Positions 1 to 12,478 of a stretch of DNA of 64,000 nucleotides are shown here, piece by piece. The stretch lies in the NCBI GenBank assembly GCA_001949185.1, contig BDGG01000001.1, positions 8,093,067 to 8,157,066 of the forward strand, given 5' to 3'. Each line of letters begins with the position of its first letter. Position 1 is the stretch's first letter. Source of the DNA: Ramazzottius varieornatus (Eukaryota > Animalia > Tardigrada). The notes under the pieces were generated by a model, which saw only the letters and a program-made list of their open reading frames with translations, searched no databases and was not told where the DNA came from. The translations under genes and the position numbers were made by a program.

Positions 1-163
1 CACAAGCAAATCACCGACAAGAAAGCATAAATACGACGGACCAAACAAAGGCAGCCTTCCGAGGCGTTGTGTTTTATACCACAGAAAGATCGTTCTCTTC
101 GGCTACTCTGCAACAAATGCACTGTGAGTTCTTTATCCACCAAATTTATAATCAGTTGCTGCT

Positions 164-3100
164 ATGTATAGCAAGAGCCTACCATATTTATCGCCCGCAG
201 TCCAATCGTTTCTTTTTGGAGTTGCTAGCAGTATCTTCGTGCTTTCTGTTTTGTTGTTGATATCAGACCATCGAAGACATAAAGAAACCGATTTGTCGAT
301 GCTTTACAGTTCGTCTGACAACCACAAGCTACCTGGTAAGTTTCCTCGTTTCATACTACGATGCTCACGTTTACGAAACTTGGTTGAATCCTATGTCAAA
401 ATTGGAATCGCGAAGTACATTGCTCCACAGAAGAGAAACCCTGATTTAAAGTGATTGCAACGGCTAGCATATGCGAAGTCAGCGCGATGAATTGTTTTCA
501 GGGTACGGCTTTCTCGGATGAGTAACACCAGCCACAAGTGCAACTTTTCCCCAAAAACATGGTGACTTCTTCCACCCGGTCATCGTAGCGCAGTTCCGAG
601 TTTTTCGTACCTTTAATAATACATATTTCAGATCACTAATTCACTACTCCAAAGAATTATAGTACGCTTCCCCGCACTAGATTCCTGAAACCCGTGGGTA
701 CCTATCACATCCCGAGTAACGTTTTCCGCCTCCCCACTTCTCGGCTCATGCATGAAGTTGCGGGAAACGTGATACTTTGGCCCTTGTGATCTATGTGCCG
801 ACAGCGACTCTAGTATACACGATCCGACTACAATTTCCACAATTTTCTACAGGGCGTCATTGGACCTTGGTAAAGAATGACCAAAACCTTCATAACTTTT
901 TTCGGTTCTATTCTTGGCTAATGAATTCGAACATCCACTAAAATAACTTCACTGAAAATAATCTCTTTGACGACATTCAGGAAGGCACACATTGGTCCCA
1001 CTAGAGAACTTACAACAGGAAAATAGGCCGGGCTAAATGCACCAGTTTCACTAAGACCTCCTCACATCATGACGGTAGAATAATATTATTGTTAGGTGAA
1101 ACGTATTGACCATTGGAAAACGGATTTCTCGAAGGACCATTTCCTCTGCAACGTCCCGCTGAATGTAGAACATAGTATTCCTGCTCAAAATCGCACGAAA
1201 TTTCTGCAGAGTTTCCGGTTGTCGTCTTGCCCGATCACTGCGGGCTTCATTGACAGCATTAAAGTATTGAAAGAGTCGCTCCATAACGTCAGAAAAACCG
1301 GTAATGAAGTATTCTTCCAGAAATATTTTTGAATCGGAAGCGTATTCGCATGTCTTGGGTTCTTCGTTGTTCATTTCGTACAATCAAACCCGAAATAATC
1401 AATGAGCCGCTCCATGGCGAGTCGGTCATGTCTCGAACGATGCGGACCATGGTTTTCTAATATCATGATCCATGTCTCCGCACTCGTTTCCCATCACCTG
1501 ACCCATTTCCCCTGATCCGGGAAATGGCCTTTTATACTAGGAATCGTGATCCAAGTGCCGAATCACGATCAAGTATAATAGGTCAAATCACAAAATCGAG
1601 TTCTCAATGGGGAGGGATCTGAGAAATGTACTAAAATGCTACCTTAACAATAGTGAATAAAATTTCGTCCTGTTTTGAACAGACAGTAACCATGGTATCG
1701 ATTTGAGCCAACCGTGTTCAGCGGCAGAACGTCGATGAAGATAAATGATTGCTCAATGAAGTTCTGCAACCTTCTGACCCTTACAGGCCCGCATGGGCGC
1801 GCCCGAACAAGCGCTGCTCGATTGTTGTGAGTTTCTTCCATTGGCTTGACCGGTCATCTTTGACAAGGTTGTCCCTAGGATTGGGCGCAAACGCTACAGA
1901 AGGTGTGTGAGGCTAGAACGGCTGGACAAGCCATGCGAACTTTAATTTTCTCAAAAAAGAATGAGAACAAAGCGCCTAGTTCGGGTACTCAGGGCGAAAC
2001 ATTGTAAGTACTCTGTTCTGGGAGGATGTTAAGGCTTTAGGCACCTTACAGTTTCGACAGAAACGTTGAGCAAATTATCAAACTAGTTAGTAGAGAAACG
2101 GTTCCGGATGACAATCTTGCTTCTTTTTAGATCTTGATGTTACAACAGCAAGGAGTTTGTAATTTGGAAGCTAGGAAGAAATTGACTTTCGAACCACAGC
2201 GATTTCTCTGCTAACTAGCTTAATCATTTGCTCAAAACTCTCATCGAGAAAGAAAGGTGCCTGTTAACACCATTCGAGCGTTATTCTAGAAATATATGGC
2301 ATTATCCTAGGAATCGCTCATGGGAATCGTGGTATGGAGGCGACGAGCTAAGAGCGTATTGTCAAAGATAAAGAAAAAGAGCTATTTTACACACATTGGC
2401 GGTGACTTCTCGAAAAAGTGTTGGGGAGCAAATGATTCTCATTGGAGCACCTGGAGGGTAAATCTATAGCAGAAGCTAAGCATTAGTTTTCTGAAATACA
2501 ACCATACTACTTCAAACAAAGTCTTTTTTGGGCCAGCTTCTTTACACTGCAAGCTAGACATACGTTATTCCTCACGCTCACCTCACCATGCTGCCTGGAC
2601 TCCTCTGGGAAGACGCAGAGACTCAAGCACGACTACTTTTCAAAGTGCTTTCCTTTTAAGAGATTTTTCCAGGAACGCGGGAAGTGCCAAAATTATAAAA
2701 CCGTTTTTTCGGTATGAATTCTGCCAGAGTTTCCTAAACCACCCCCTGTCCTGGCAGAGTTTGAGTTTGCACACTTTTTGCATCTCAAAATTTGTGCAGA
2801 ATTCTCGAATTCTGGCGAGAATTCGTACAGCGGTAAACAGCAGCGTGAAAATGCGTGTCTTTTTGAACTCTGTCGCTCCGCTCTCTGTGAGTTATACGGG
2901 GACTCCAAAAGAAACGAGACAGTTGACGTCATCGAAAAGGGCATGACATCGGTATACGGTGACGTCAACAATCACGTTTCTACCCGAGTGCGTATGAAGC
3001 ACAGGGGGCGTAGCGACAGAATTCAAAAGTACACGCATTTTCACGTTGCTGTTTACCGCTGAACGAATTCTCACCTGTTCGAAAATCCATTGAAATTGAC

Positions 3101-5152
3101 TTCGCTGTTTAGAGGTACGCACAGACCCGCGATGTAATTCGATTGTCGTTGTTAGCTCAATCCGAAAGAAACAGCTGTTTGTTTGATGTCTAACACAACA
3201 AGTGCAATGAGTCAGCGCCCTAAGCATTGTAAGCTCTGAATTTCGTTTGAAAAATCCATGGCGTTTAACTATGGTAGGTATTATCTCCGCTACAATGGTA
3301 ATTCATTTACATATGTCCTACGGTCAGGACAAAGGTTCTCTTTTCTGACTTGCAGAAACTTCTCATGACTATCGAAAACGTGACAGCCAACGGGTTCGCG
3401 ACAAACCAAGAATCTTTTGCTGGATTATGACATCGCCAAGAAACGAAGAAAAAGTGAATGCCGTGAAAGCTACATGGGCCCGGCGTTGTAACAGATATAT
3501 CTTTGTTAGTTCCGAAAATAACTCGACCATACCTTCTATCGACGCAGGAGTACCTGAGGGACGCGAGTACCTTTGGGGCAAGACAAAGTTCGGATACGAG
3601 TAAAATAAAATGATTCATAATGGGGTATGTCGAGTATTACTGGTACTAGTTCTAAATGCTTCTGTTGCCTAGGTATGCGTATAACACGTCGTTAGAGGGC
3701 TTTGATTGGTTCCTTAAAGCGGACGATGATACTTTCGTCGTTGTAGAAAACTTACGATCATTGCTATCCACCTACTCAGAAAGTCAACCTTATTATATCG
3801 GGTGCTCTTTCCGACCTTTCACTGCCCAAGGTGAGTTTCCGAATATGAGTATGAATAGCCAACTAATTTTACAATTTCGTAATAGGATATATGTCTGGAG
3901 GAGCTGGCTACGCGTTGAATCGGTTGGCGCTTCGAAGATTCGTTGAAAACGGCTTGAGGACGAAAGTTTGTCGCACCGATCCTGGAGGATACGAAGATGC
4001 TGAGATGGGAATATGTCTTGATAAGCTTGGGGTGAACTTTGCAGATAGCAGAGATGGGGAAGGGAAAAGCCGGTTTTTTCCCTTTAGCCACTTCACGCAT
4101 ATCCAACCAAACCGACAGAAAAATGTAAAGTATGATTAACAAAACGTTTCGATGAAGCCTGATACTCGTAGCACCGCAGATAGTTGAGCATTAACTTATT
4201 GCTGCATAAACAGCTAGACTAAGTTAATGCATCAGAACAGGAGCACGTTCCATGGGCACCACATAGAACGTTTATGCCTTTGTGTGCGCACAGTACCACA
4301 ACTTAAAGGGGGATATATATTAGGTCGCGGTTGCCAAAAGCCGGCTTTTCGATACTGGTATGTGCAAATGTGAGAAATCATCATGTGGCACATCTCGACA
4401 TGATCAAATTCAAATTCTATATATTGCTCACCGACACAGTTATGAAAGCAGAGGACGTGCGGTTTCCGCTGAGATGGTCCAGCGCAGTTATCACACAGGT
4501 TCTCGGGTAATCATGCAACATTTGGTTTATGAACGAAGTGATCTGACAAAGACGGATAGAAAAGGCGTGGGATAGAAGAGAAGCTGTGCGAGTGTGGGGA
4601 AGAAGAGAAAATAATGAAGCTTGTACGAAATATAGACAATGCTACGCTGTTCGTGTTTGGCGCTTTTGGCTACAAAGGCTTTGGTGCTTTTGGCTTTCTT
4701 CGTACTTCCAGGATTCGGGAAATCGCGTTCACACAGCTAACTTTGGAATCGAAGTTCATACTTCCACCTCGTACTTAATTTTACCGTTATCATTTTTCGG
4801 TGTCGGAAAACCTGGATTAAGCAGCGAACGTTGCAGAAGCTCGATCGCGACCTAATAGCTTTCCCCTTAAGTTGTTCTTCGAAAACCTGACGTCGGAACA
4901 CCCGGATACGTTAAAATTTCCGAAACGCCTAACTCCCAGTCTCGTGGTATTAACGAAGCATTTTCTTGATTCGATTGCGAATGCTTCATTTTGTTGTTAC
5001 AGTATCTTGCGTATCTTCTCTATCCGGAAAAAGACCTTCTTGACTGCTGCTCAGATTCGGCAGTATCATTCCATTACATATCACCGTACTATATGTACTT
5101 CTTGGAATATTTCATTTATCAGTTGAGTCCGTTTGGCTCTCTGCGCCTGTAG
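164..5152 (+). CDS. C1GALT1: Glycoprotein-N-acetylgalactosamine 3-beta-galactosyltransferase 1-like (core 1 synthase/T-synthase, GT31); exons 164-335, 3356-3599, 3673-3830, 3886-4124, 5003-5152
   Basis: Exons join in frame at GT..AG sites (963 nt, 320 aa + TAG). N-terminal TM anchor (SFLFGVASSIFVLSVLLLI) followed by family motifs RIFCWIMTSP, VKATWARRCN, EGREYLWGKTK, DWFLKADDDTFVVVENLR, GYMSGGAGY, EDAEMGICL, CCSDSAVSFHYI, LEYFIYQLSPFG. Confidence 0.93.
630..1520 (-). repeat. Dispersed repeat with decayed coding-like sequence inside C1GALT1 intron 1 (copy 1)
   Basis: Reverse complement of about 1296-1516 matches about 19838-20055 (e.g. acatggatcatgatattagaaaaccatggtccgcatcgtt), and about 655-790 matches about 20485-20620 (NVTRDVIG.H.F.ESSAGK in both translations). 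Confidence 0.75.
2039..2262. mobile_element. Degenerate MITE-like foldback
   Basis: aggcacctt...ttgagcaaattatcaaactagttagtagagaaa pairs imperfectly with tttctctgctaactagcttaatcatttgctcaa...aaggtgcct. Confidence 0.5.
2817..3072. mobile_element. Palindromic foldback MITE (about 256 bp)
   Basis: gagaattcgtacagcggtaaacagcagcgtgaaaatgcgtgt... mirrors ...acacgcattttcacgttgctgtttaccgctgaacgaattctc; the symmetry extends inward to the gttgacgtca/tgacgtcaac pair. Confidence 0.8.
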
Positions 5153-6651
5153 CGATAACCTTTACTGCATTATTCCTTCAAGACTGTGACTGACCGTCAC
5201 GCGTTTTTTGTTCGCGCCCCTGTTCGACTGTTCTGAGTGGATATTTGAGTAGGCAAAATTGTTCAAGAGATCTGAATGAAAAACTTTGCTAACCGTGCCA
5301 AAGACGGGAAAATGTTGCAATGGGCGATATGTTTACCTTCTGCTGTCCTCGAACAGTGGTGCAAACTAGCCTAAACTGCCATCTTCATCGAGACTTTTGT
5401 TCCCGAGAAATACTTCCGTTCGTCGTACCAGCAAACACTTTTGCAGAGAATGCGTGACCCACAATGTGTTTTCTTTGAAACTTCTTTTTTGCTTCATTTT
5501 TGGGCATGTTACTCTTGCAAAGCCACAGATGTGTCGAGGAAACGCTGGAGTAATCTGTTGTCTACGGGCACTGGGCGACCTTTTACCACACGAATTCCTG
5601 GTGTACAAGTGCAAGCTGCCGGACCGGAAAGAAAGATCAGCGGTCTTCTGAACAGTACCAGAAGTGCCTGAACTGAACAGCTTCGCTCGACAGTTTGAAT
5701 TCGTCACGAACCAGCCACGTTACGTTTGTGCATTGCTGATCGCCACGTACTACTCTATGTAATTTAGCGTATTCAAGCTTAGTGATGTTCTGATAAAATA
5801 ATATTATAGAAAATTAACTGATAGCAGCGGCTTTTTGCATCTACTATAGTATATTATAATATATTAGATGCTTTCGCGAGAAAATTTCTTACTATTTTAT
5901 GTTAAGTCTGTATGAAACGTCTTATATTTTAGTAGAAGTTAATGAAAAATCCATACTATTAAAATCAATAAGTGCCGTGGGTTTTGCTTAAAAAACAGTT
6001 CGCGTCATGCACTTCGGACTATAAATTTTGCTTTTTAACTGCCAGGCGAACGCTTGACTGAGTGGTTGGCCGTTTGCTGGTGACTGTCGTGCAACTGCGC
6101 AGCAGCATCAGATACCATACAGCAGTTTGCACGAAGAGAAGGGGTACGTGAGCTGGAAATCCTGCACCAGACCGTTTTCCAAACTGGCGCACACTTTCAG
6201 CACAAATCATTAGCAAAACGCGCCCGGATTTGAGCAAAAATCTGGTCTGTTCGTCAGCTCCCGGCCGAATCTGTGGGTGTCGCTGTTGATATCAACTCAG
6301 TTTCAAAGTATTAAAGTGTATTTTAGTATGGAATTTTGAAAACAATTACTGTAGTGATATTTTATTAAGTGACAAAACGATCTACTATATTTCGAGATAT
6401 TACATCGGAGCTGGGCGCAACAGACTCATAGAAAAACTCTAACGGCTAAAACGCAGCCTAATTGCTACAAGTTGATTCGGATTGCTTCGACGGATCTCGA
6501 GAGATTCGAGGCTACGTGTACGAACTTTACGAACTTTTCTGCGTGCACGAACTTTGGCACGAACCGTAGTCTCCGTGCAAGAACTCTCACACCATGTTCT
6601 TCTCCGTGCATTAACTCTGACAGACCGTATTTGATCATGGAATGACCCTCA

Positions 6652-9064
6652 CAAGGGATTAACGCCAGTCTGTCCACTCTGATCCTCAAACCAATATGAT
6701 AGCATGATAGAGCAGAGTTTGCTCCACAAACTGAGATAAACTAAATCGGCGAAATGGAATCCTGGAAGACGCCACAGGAAGCGGAAGTGACGTCAAATTA
6801 AGGGCGGATCACCAGTGTGACAGCAAATCAACTGATTTGATTGCCTGATGGTTGATTTGATATTGATTGAACCAGTTGCGCTTGTACTCTACGCTAAGCC
6901 AAGCGCAATCAGTTTTGCTGTGCCTGTTGCTTCATTGCTCTTAGATTCATCGTTCCGTTACTGCGTGATTTCCACTGTCGCCCGAAATGGATTCCGTTAA
7001 TCCGATGAATGTGTTGAAGCTTCTGAAGGAGGACTACAAGCAGCTCTTCCAACTGGATGGACAACCGAGCGAGGCTGATAAGCAGTTAAAAGAACTCGTC
7101 AAAGGTATTGTACTGTTGCCGTTTACTATGGCTGACATTGATATGAGATATTCCACCTTTCTGTTTCTGTTTCAGAATTTATGGATGTTAAAATCAACCA
7201 AGCAGGTAGTTCTTCGTTGGCACTTGAAGAAGACCTCCAATATGAACTGCAAACAGACATGCAGACGTTCGACGAGTTCGAGAAGTTGGTTGCTGCGTCT
7301 AATCAGCTGGCTGAACCCGACGAAAATCCTAGCCAAGAAGATAAAGTCGTCGAGCCTCTCTCCAGTGGAACGGAACCATCGTCCAACGAATTCTATGTCC
7401 CGCGATTACCGAACCCAAAACAGCCGCCAAGTAACGCAGTCACCCTCGACTACAAGAAACGCTCCGTCGATTCTGGAGGAATTTCGCTACGAAGAAACGA
7501 CGTAGCCTTTCGTGTGTCCAGACCAAGTTCAAGAAAGTCACAAGTATTCGACAACTCCAAGAATGGGAACGACATGTTTCTGAGGGCGGTTCCAGATATG
7601 ATAAGCTGAAGGCGCTGCGTTTGGAGACTGGCAAGCAGTTCTTTCTGGCCAAGCAGAAGCCTCATATTGTGAAGGATATGGATATTCGACGTTGGGCTGT
7701 TACTGCGAACCGAACCATTGGCCTGGTAGGTTTCATGGCGTCTCCGGACTGGGTGGGAAAGTTGAAGAGGTAAACACATTGAAGTATTAAAATGAAATAT
7801 GTATCATTGCTCACGCAGATCGCTTCAACCGAGAATTTCGCTCACGAGTTACTGCCCCACACTAACGGGGTCGATATTGTAGGTATTACGGCATCGTCGA
7901 TCGGAAGATCACCAAGTTCGTGACCGACAAGTACATTCAAGATGCTCCGCAAATAAAGAAAACTGCGGAGGAGTGTGTCGCCCTTGTCAGATCGAGGATC
8001 TCAGATTACGGCTTGGACTGTATGTGGAACACGGATTAGTCCGGGTTCGATGGCGAGATGAGACCAGGGCGCATACTGCATCTGGCCGGCACAAAACATG
8101 TTCTTGCGATCTGTCAGTCGGAGAACTCCATGACGCATTGCTACACGGTTATGATGACCATTTCGCCCGGCACGCGCAAGTTTCTCCCACAACTGTGGAT
8201 CACTCTCCGGGAGGAAAAGGCGTTTTCGGTCCTATTGTGGCAAGGACAATGTTTATAGCTGATAACCTGTATGTCACTGCTTCGGCTTCGGGCAAGAGGA
8301 CAAGAAAGCTGTACTTGGAATGGTGCGAAAAGATATTGTTTTCTCATGTGGAAGATCGCTGCATTCTGCTGGCCGATTCGTGGAGTTCCTATTCTGACCA
8401 GGAAGCTGTTTTGGAATCCAAGCCTGAAGAACTGGAAGACGAAATGATCACGATTCTTCCGAAAGTGACTGGTGATATCCAACCACTGGACAGACTCTCC
8501 TTCCGAATGTATAAAGACTTCTTCCGGAAGATCTCCAGTTTCATCATTTTGCACAGCCTTCCACTTCAAGTTCATCATCGAAACGTAGTTCTCAAGATGC
8601 ATTCTTTGGTTTACCAACAGTTTCAGTCTCCGCGGTTTGGAGACCTAGTGAACCAGGCCTGGCATCTGTGCGGCTATACTGACGAGTCCTTTGACTATGT
8701 AAATCCTATCGAATTCTCTTTCCCCAATAATTTGACTGGTCATTACGACCATGAAAACTGCGACGACCGGTTTTTGCTTAAGTGCGGCTGGTGCAAAGCT
8801 CCTCTCTGCTTCCATCACTTCTACGATCAGTATCACCTCTGTAAAATTTATCTTCCATGAGTTCTGTGAAATTTCAGACTGTGCTAGTATAGTTGGTCAT
8901 GTCATGTCGATGTAAGAACTTGACGTCACTTCCGCTTCCTGTGGCGTCTTCCAGGATTCCATTTCGCCGATTTAGTTTATCTCAGTTTGTGGAGCAAACT
9001 CTGCTCCATCATGCTATCATATTGGTTTGAGGATCAGAGTGGACAGACTGGCGTTAATCCCTTG
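6652..9064 (+). mobile_element. Full-length Tc4/Tc5-like (pogo-related) DNA transposon, 2413 bp
   Basis: Near-identical TIRs of about 145 bp (6652-6796 and 8920-9064) starting CAAGGGATTAACG; TCA on both sides (6649-6651, 9065-9067), giving empty site CTCAG = CTNAG; internal DDD transposase. Confidence 0.92.
6987..8860 (+). pseudogene. Spliced pogo/Tc5-type transposase (CENPB/Tc5-type HTH + DDE_1 + C-terminal Cys/His motif), disrupted
   Basis: Introns 7105-7175 and 7770-7882. HTH segment DMDIRRWA..FMASPDWVGKLKRYYGIVDRKITKFV; catalytic WNTD*SGF, LLADSW, IQPLD (37 residues between D2 and D3); CGWC..CFHHF. Frameshifts near 7470 and 8219 and TAG at 8037-8039. Confidence 0.88.
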
Positions 9065-9954
9065 TCAGTTCCATCAAGCAACGATCACTCAGTAAGGGTT
9101 CCAGCCACAACATGCAATAACATGTAGTCAGGCCGAGCGAAGCGAGGCCCTTTTAAGTCTGTCACGATTTCAATGGATGTCGCAAATGATGAAGCTTTCT
9201 GAAATCGCAATCTCTGTACACAAAACGGATGCGCAACTTGATCCGCGCAGCAACAAATGTAAATCGCAATACCACTCACTCGCATTCGCTCGGCCTTCCC
9301 AGTGGTCAGGACCACTACCTAGTTTAATCAACTGCCTAGTAAGACCTAGAACTTCAGAAAGTATTAAGAATTCCTCGTAAAGAGTTTCCCTTCTACGTTG
9401 CTTCCGGAGATTTTTAATCCGACAGGGCAGTAATTTTCGTTGTGTGTGTCTTATCCCGCACACCTGTTCCTCGACAACGGCGGGGTGGGCCCTAGGCACA
9501 GACCTGTAAAATTCGTGTCACAGTCCGTGCACGTAGTCGGGCAAGAGTTGGTTAACTCAATCGATCCTGAGGAACAACGAAACTAGTTCTTTCTCGACAA
9601 ACAGATCGTTAAATTTTCTTATTTCATACATGACGGAAGCTGGTCATTTCAGGTTTATCATCTGTGGCTCTGGTAATTGGCTGGTTCTGGTGATCAGGTA
9701 AAATTAATGGCTGAAGTCTTGGTGTGGGCGGTATTTGCAAAATAGTTGCAGGTTGCACATGTTGGTCTGACCAGGTAACGCTTTGGTGTTACGTTCGGAC
9801 ACCGAGCTTTTGTGTTAGGTAGGTGAACTTAGTCCGTTTTCCGTTCCTTTTTTTAACACCGCCAAAAAACGGAAGGTCTTTTTCGTTCTGTCTGAACCCC
9901 AACGCGTCATGTTTGCGCCTGGTTTAAAAGCGGTTTTACGGCTTGCTGTGTAGT

Positions 9955-12036
9955 GTTGTCCGAGAGTTTGCCCGAAGCTTGTGGTTCTAGCAAGCATGCA
10001 AGCAGCTTCCGTATTCTTCCCAGCGCTTCTTAACATCACCGATACTGACAAGAAAGAGCTCGCGAGCCGGACGACTGCGCTTCAACCCTTCGTCTCGTGT
10101 AGACTGACTTGCGGTGTCACAGACAGCCTTCACCGAATTACTGGCAACTACGCCGTCACCTTTACTAAATTATGACATATTTCCTCATTGTTTCTAGTTT
10201 TTGCGAAAAACTGCCCTGGGAGCATGGGTACCAAAGATCGATCCATATGTGTTGAACGAACTACTTCCTGTTGCCGCAAAATACTACACATTTCCTGAGG
10301 CAATCAGAGCGTCTTTTACCGTCACCCGGCCTGAACCGACTCAACAGAAGACAGATACAAATGTGTTCTGCGGCGATGTGGCTAAACTCCGTGCTCTGGC
10401 GGAAGGAGGAGTAAGAGCTCGAACAGTATTGAATGGCCAAAGTGGTCTCGCTAACAGAGGCTGATCTTTTAGGTTGATGAGTGTCTGAAGCCGTTGCCCT
10501 CACTGGATTATGCGGCCGTTCACCCAGAGACCTATGAGATTTTACCGAAGATCTTCTCTCGCCGCTAGTCCTGAATGGCCTCATCCAAAGAACGCGTTGC
10601 CTCATTCGCCGTTTGAATTACCCTTCCATCAGATGGCAAGTCATCCGAAAAACCTGAGTTTCACCCCGCATGCCACTTCAAGCCAACAAGACCAGCGACT
10701 AAGTCCATCACGTATCCCAAACAACATCAGTTTCATCTTCGGTCAGTCATCAGCTCCACAAAAGTCAAAACCATCAGGATCTCTCTTATCACCAACTCGT
10801 TTGATAGAAAATTTAGCACGAATCAACTGGACTTAACGCTATCTGATAATCGTAGCACAGTTTTGCAGGAGGAAATAGTAAAACAGATTGCCATTCGGGC
10901 CAACACAGACCACGCCACGGCGCGCCGGTAATAGAAAATGGCAAAGGCGCGATGCGACTGATAGATGCGGTTCGTTCGGCAGACTTATAATGGCCAGTCT
11001 AATACGCCACGTTGTTTCATCTAAAAATGCATCGAAGTCAAGTTTGTTTCTTGCCATCTGATAATCGTAGCACAGCTCTGTTTCTTGCACTTGGTATTTG
11101 CAGGTATTTGCCGGCCGAATATGTTAAAGTTGACAGACGGTCGTTTTCTAGAATTTTCAATCTCCATGACGGTGGCGAAAATATGCAGAGTCAGTTATGT
11201 AGCACGGTGACCTAAGCTTAATGCCTTCTAATCTGAGCCTGCATATTAGCTTAGGATATCTTACTTTATGACCTGATCCTTTACCGTTTTTTGTTGGTCG
11301 CCAGCCGTATGACGTCCAGACTTTCGCGGACTTGAGCTTTGGTTCTGGTGTGTGCACAGATAAACTGAAGGGCACACGCAGGTGCCCAAGTTGCTTAGGG
11401 GGTTATGCTCATATTGACTGATCAATACTTGTTTGTTGAAGATGATCCGGACAACGAACTTCGAACGGAACCAGCAATGAAGAAAGTTCGTGATGGACTT
11501 CCGGACGCAGATTAGGATGCTGAGGTCTGTGTGCCGCTGCAAACTGATCGGACTGCTGCGCCCCGCTTTGTTGCTTGAAAAGCTTTTCCAGCTCGCAATG
11601 AGTCCTGCATTCAATCTCGTTTCGTACCACGTCCAGTGAGTGTGAAATCTCCGCACACTACTGGGGAAATCAAGCACACAATACAGATGGTTAACTGCAG
11701 CACCAGTTAGTGAAAACGTCAGGGAATCACGGCAAGGGGCGTCGCTTCTTCCGCATAGATTTAACTGTAGTTTTGACGTTTGCAGCAATCGCATCCGTCG
11801 CTACGACCCCTTCCTGCAGCAAAAAGAACGCGGACGAAGCAGGCTCCAAAAGCAAGAGCAAACTCGCTAGCACATGTACCCACTGTGGCGAACCAGAAGC
11901 CGCAGACAACAAGCTAGTCCCGTGTACTCTGTGCAAGAACCGATATCATATCGCGCGCCAGTCGCTCGACCCAATGTCCTGGAAGCAAGACCCAAAAACC
12001 AGGAAGCATCTTTGTGAGAATCGTCGCACCAAGTAG
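9955..12036 (+). pseudogene. Copy A: decayed 3' half of NTPase-PHD gene (C-terminal PHD finger)
   Basis: WVPKIDPYVLNELLPVAAKYY aligns with WKTKIEPFALQSLIPKAAEYY (54281-54538 -); TDSLHRITGNYAV with TNSQNRIAESYSM; NNISFIFG with SNSSFIFT; PHD CTHC..KLVPCTLCKNRYHIA..KQDPKTRKHLCE matches 51806-52054. Confidence 0.75.
10841..11075. repeat. 195-bp segment flanked by a perfect 20-bp direct repeat
   Basis: atctgataatcgtagcacag at 10841-10860 and 11056-11075. Confidence 0.75.
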
Positions 12037-12318
12037 AATTCGTCGTAAAATTTTCACGATGTCACCCATGGAAAAGTCGGACCTGGATAGAGTGGCATAG
12101 GAAGGAAATCAATGTGAGACGCGAGATGCCGTCCAGCGATCCCACATTGGTTTCCTACCACCTTGCGACCATACGAGTCACTCTACCATCCCCTATTGAG
12201 GTTTTGCCTCCATGTTTGTTGCCCACTGTCAACCCAGGTTGGCTTGGGTCTGTGGTATTGACCTATTGATCCCAGTTTGTTCTGGGTGACCAATTTGATG
12301 ACGTCAGAGATCCCACAT

Positions 12319-12478
12319 TAATTACAAAGGTACTCCCACTCCAAATGACTTCGCTACATAATGAGATCACATTGGAGCGAAATCAATTTTCTATTGTAAT
12401 CTGCCACATCATCGAAAGATATAAACTATCCAATTAAGGCGACTGTTCCGTAAGTACAAGTTTCTGCGGCTCAATTTG
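12319..12478. repeat. 160-bp direct repeat, copy 1
   Basis: taattacaaaggtactcccactcc...ctgcggctcaatttg; differs from 14857-15016 at about 3 positions. Confidence 0.92.

Noticed and set aside
8141-8617. 158-aa minus-strand ORF
   Set aside because: Antisense shadow of the transposase.
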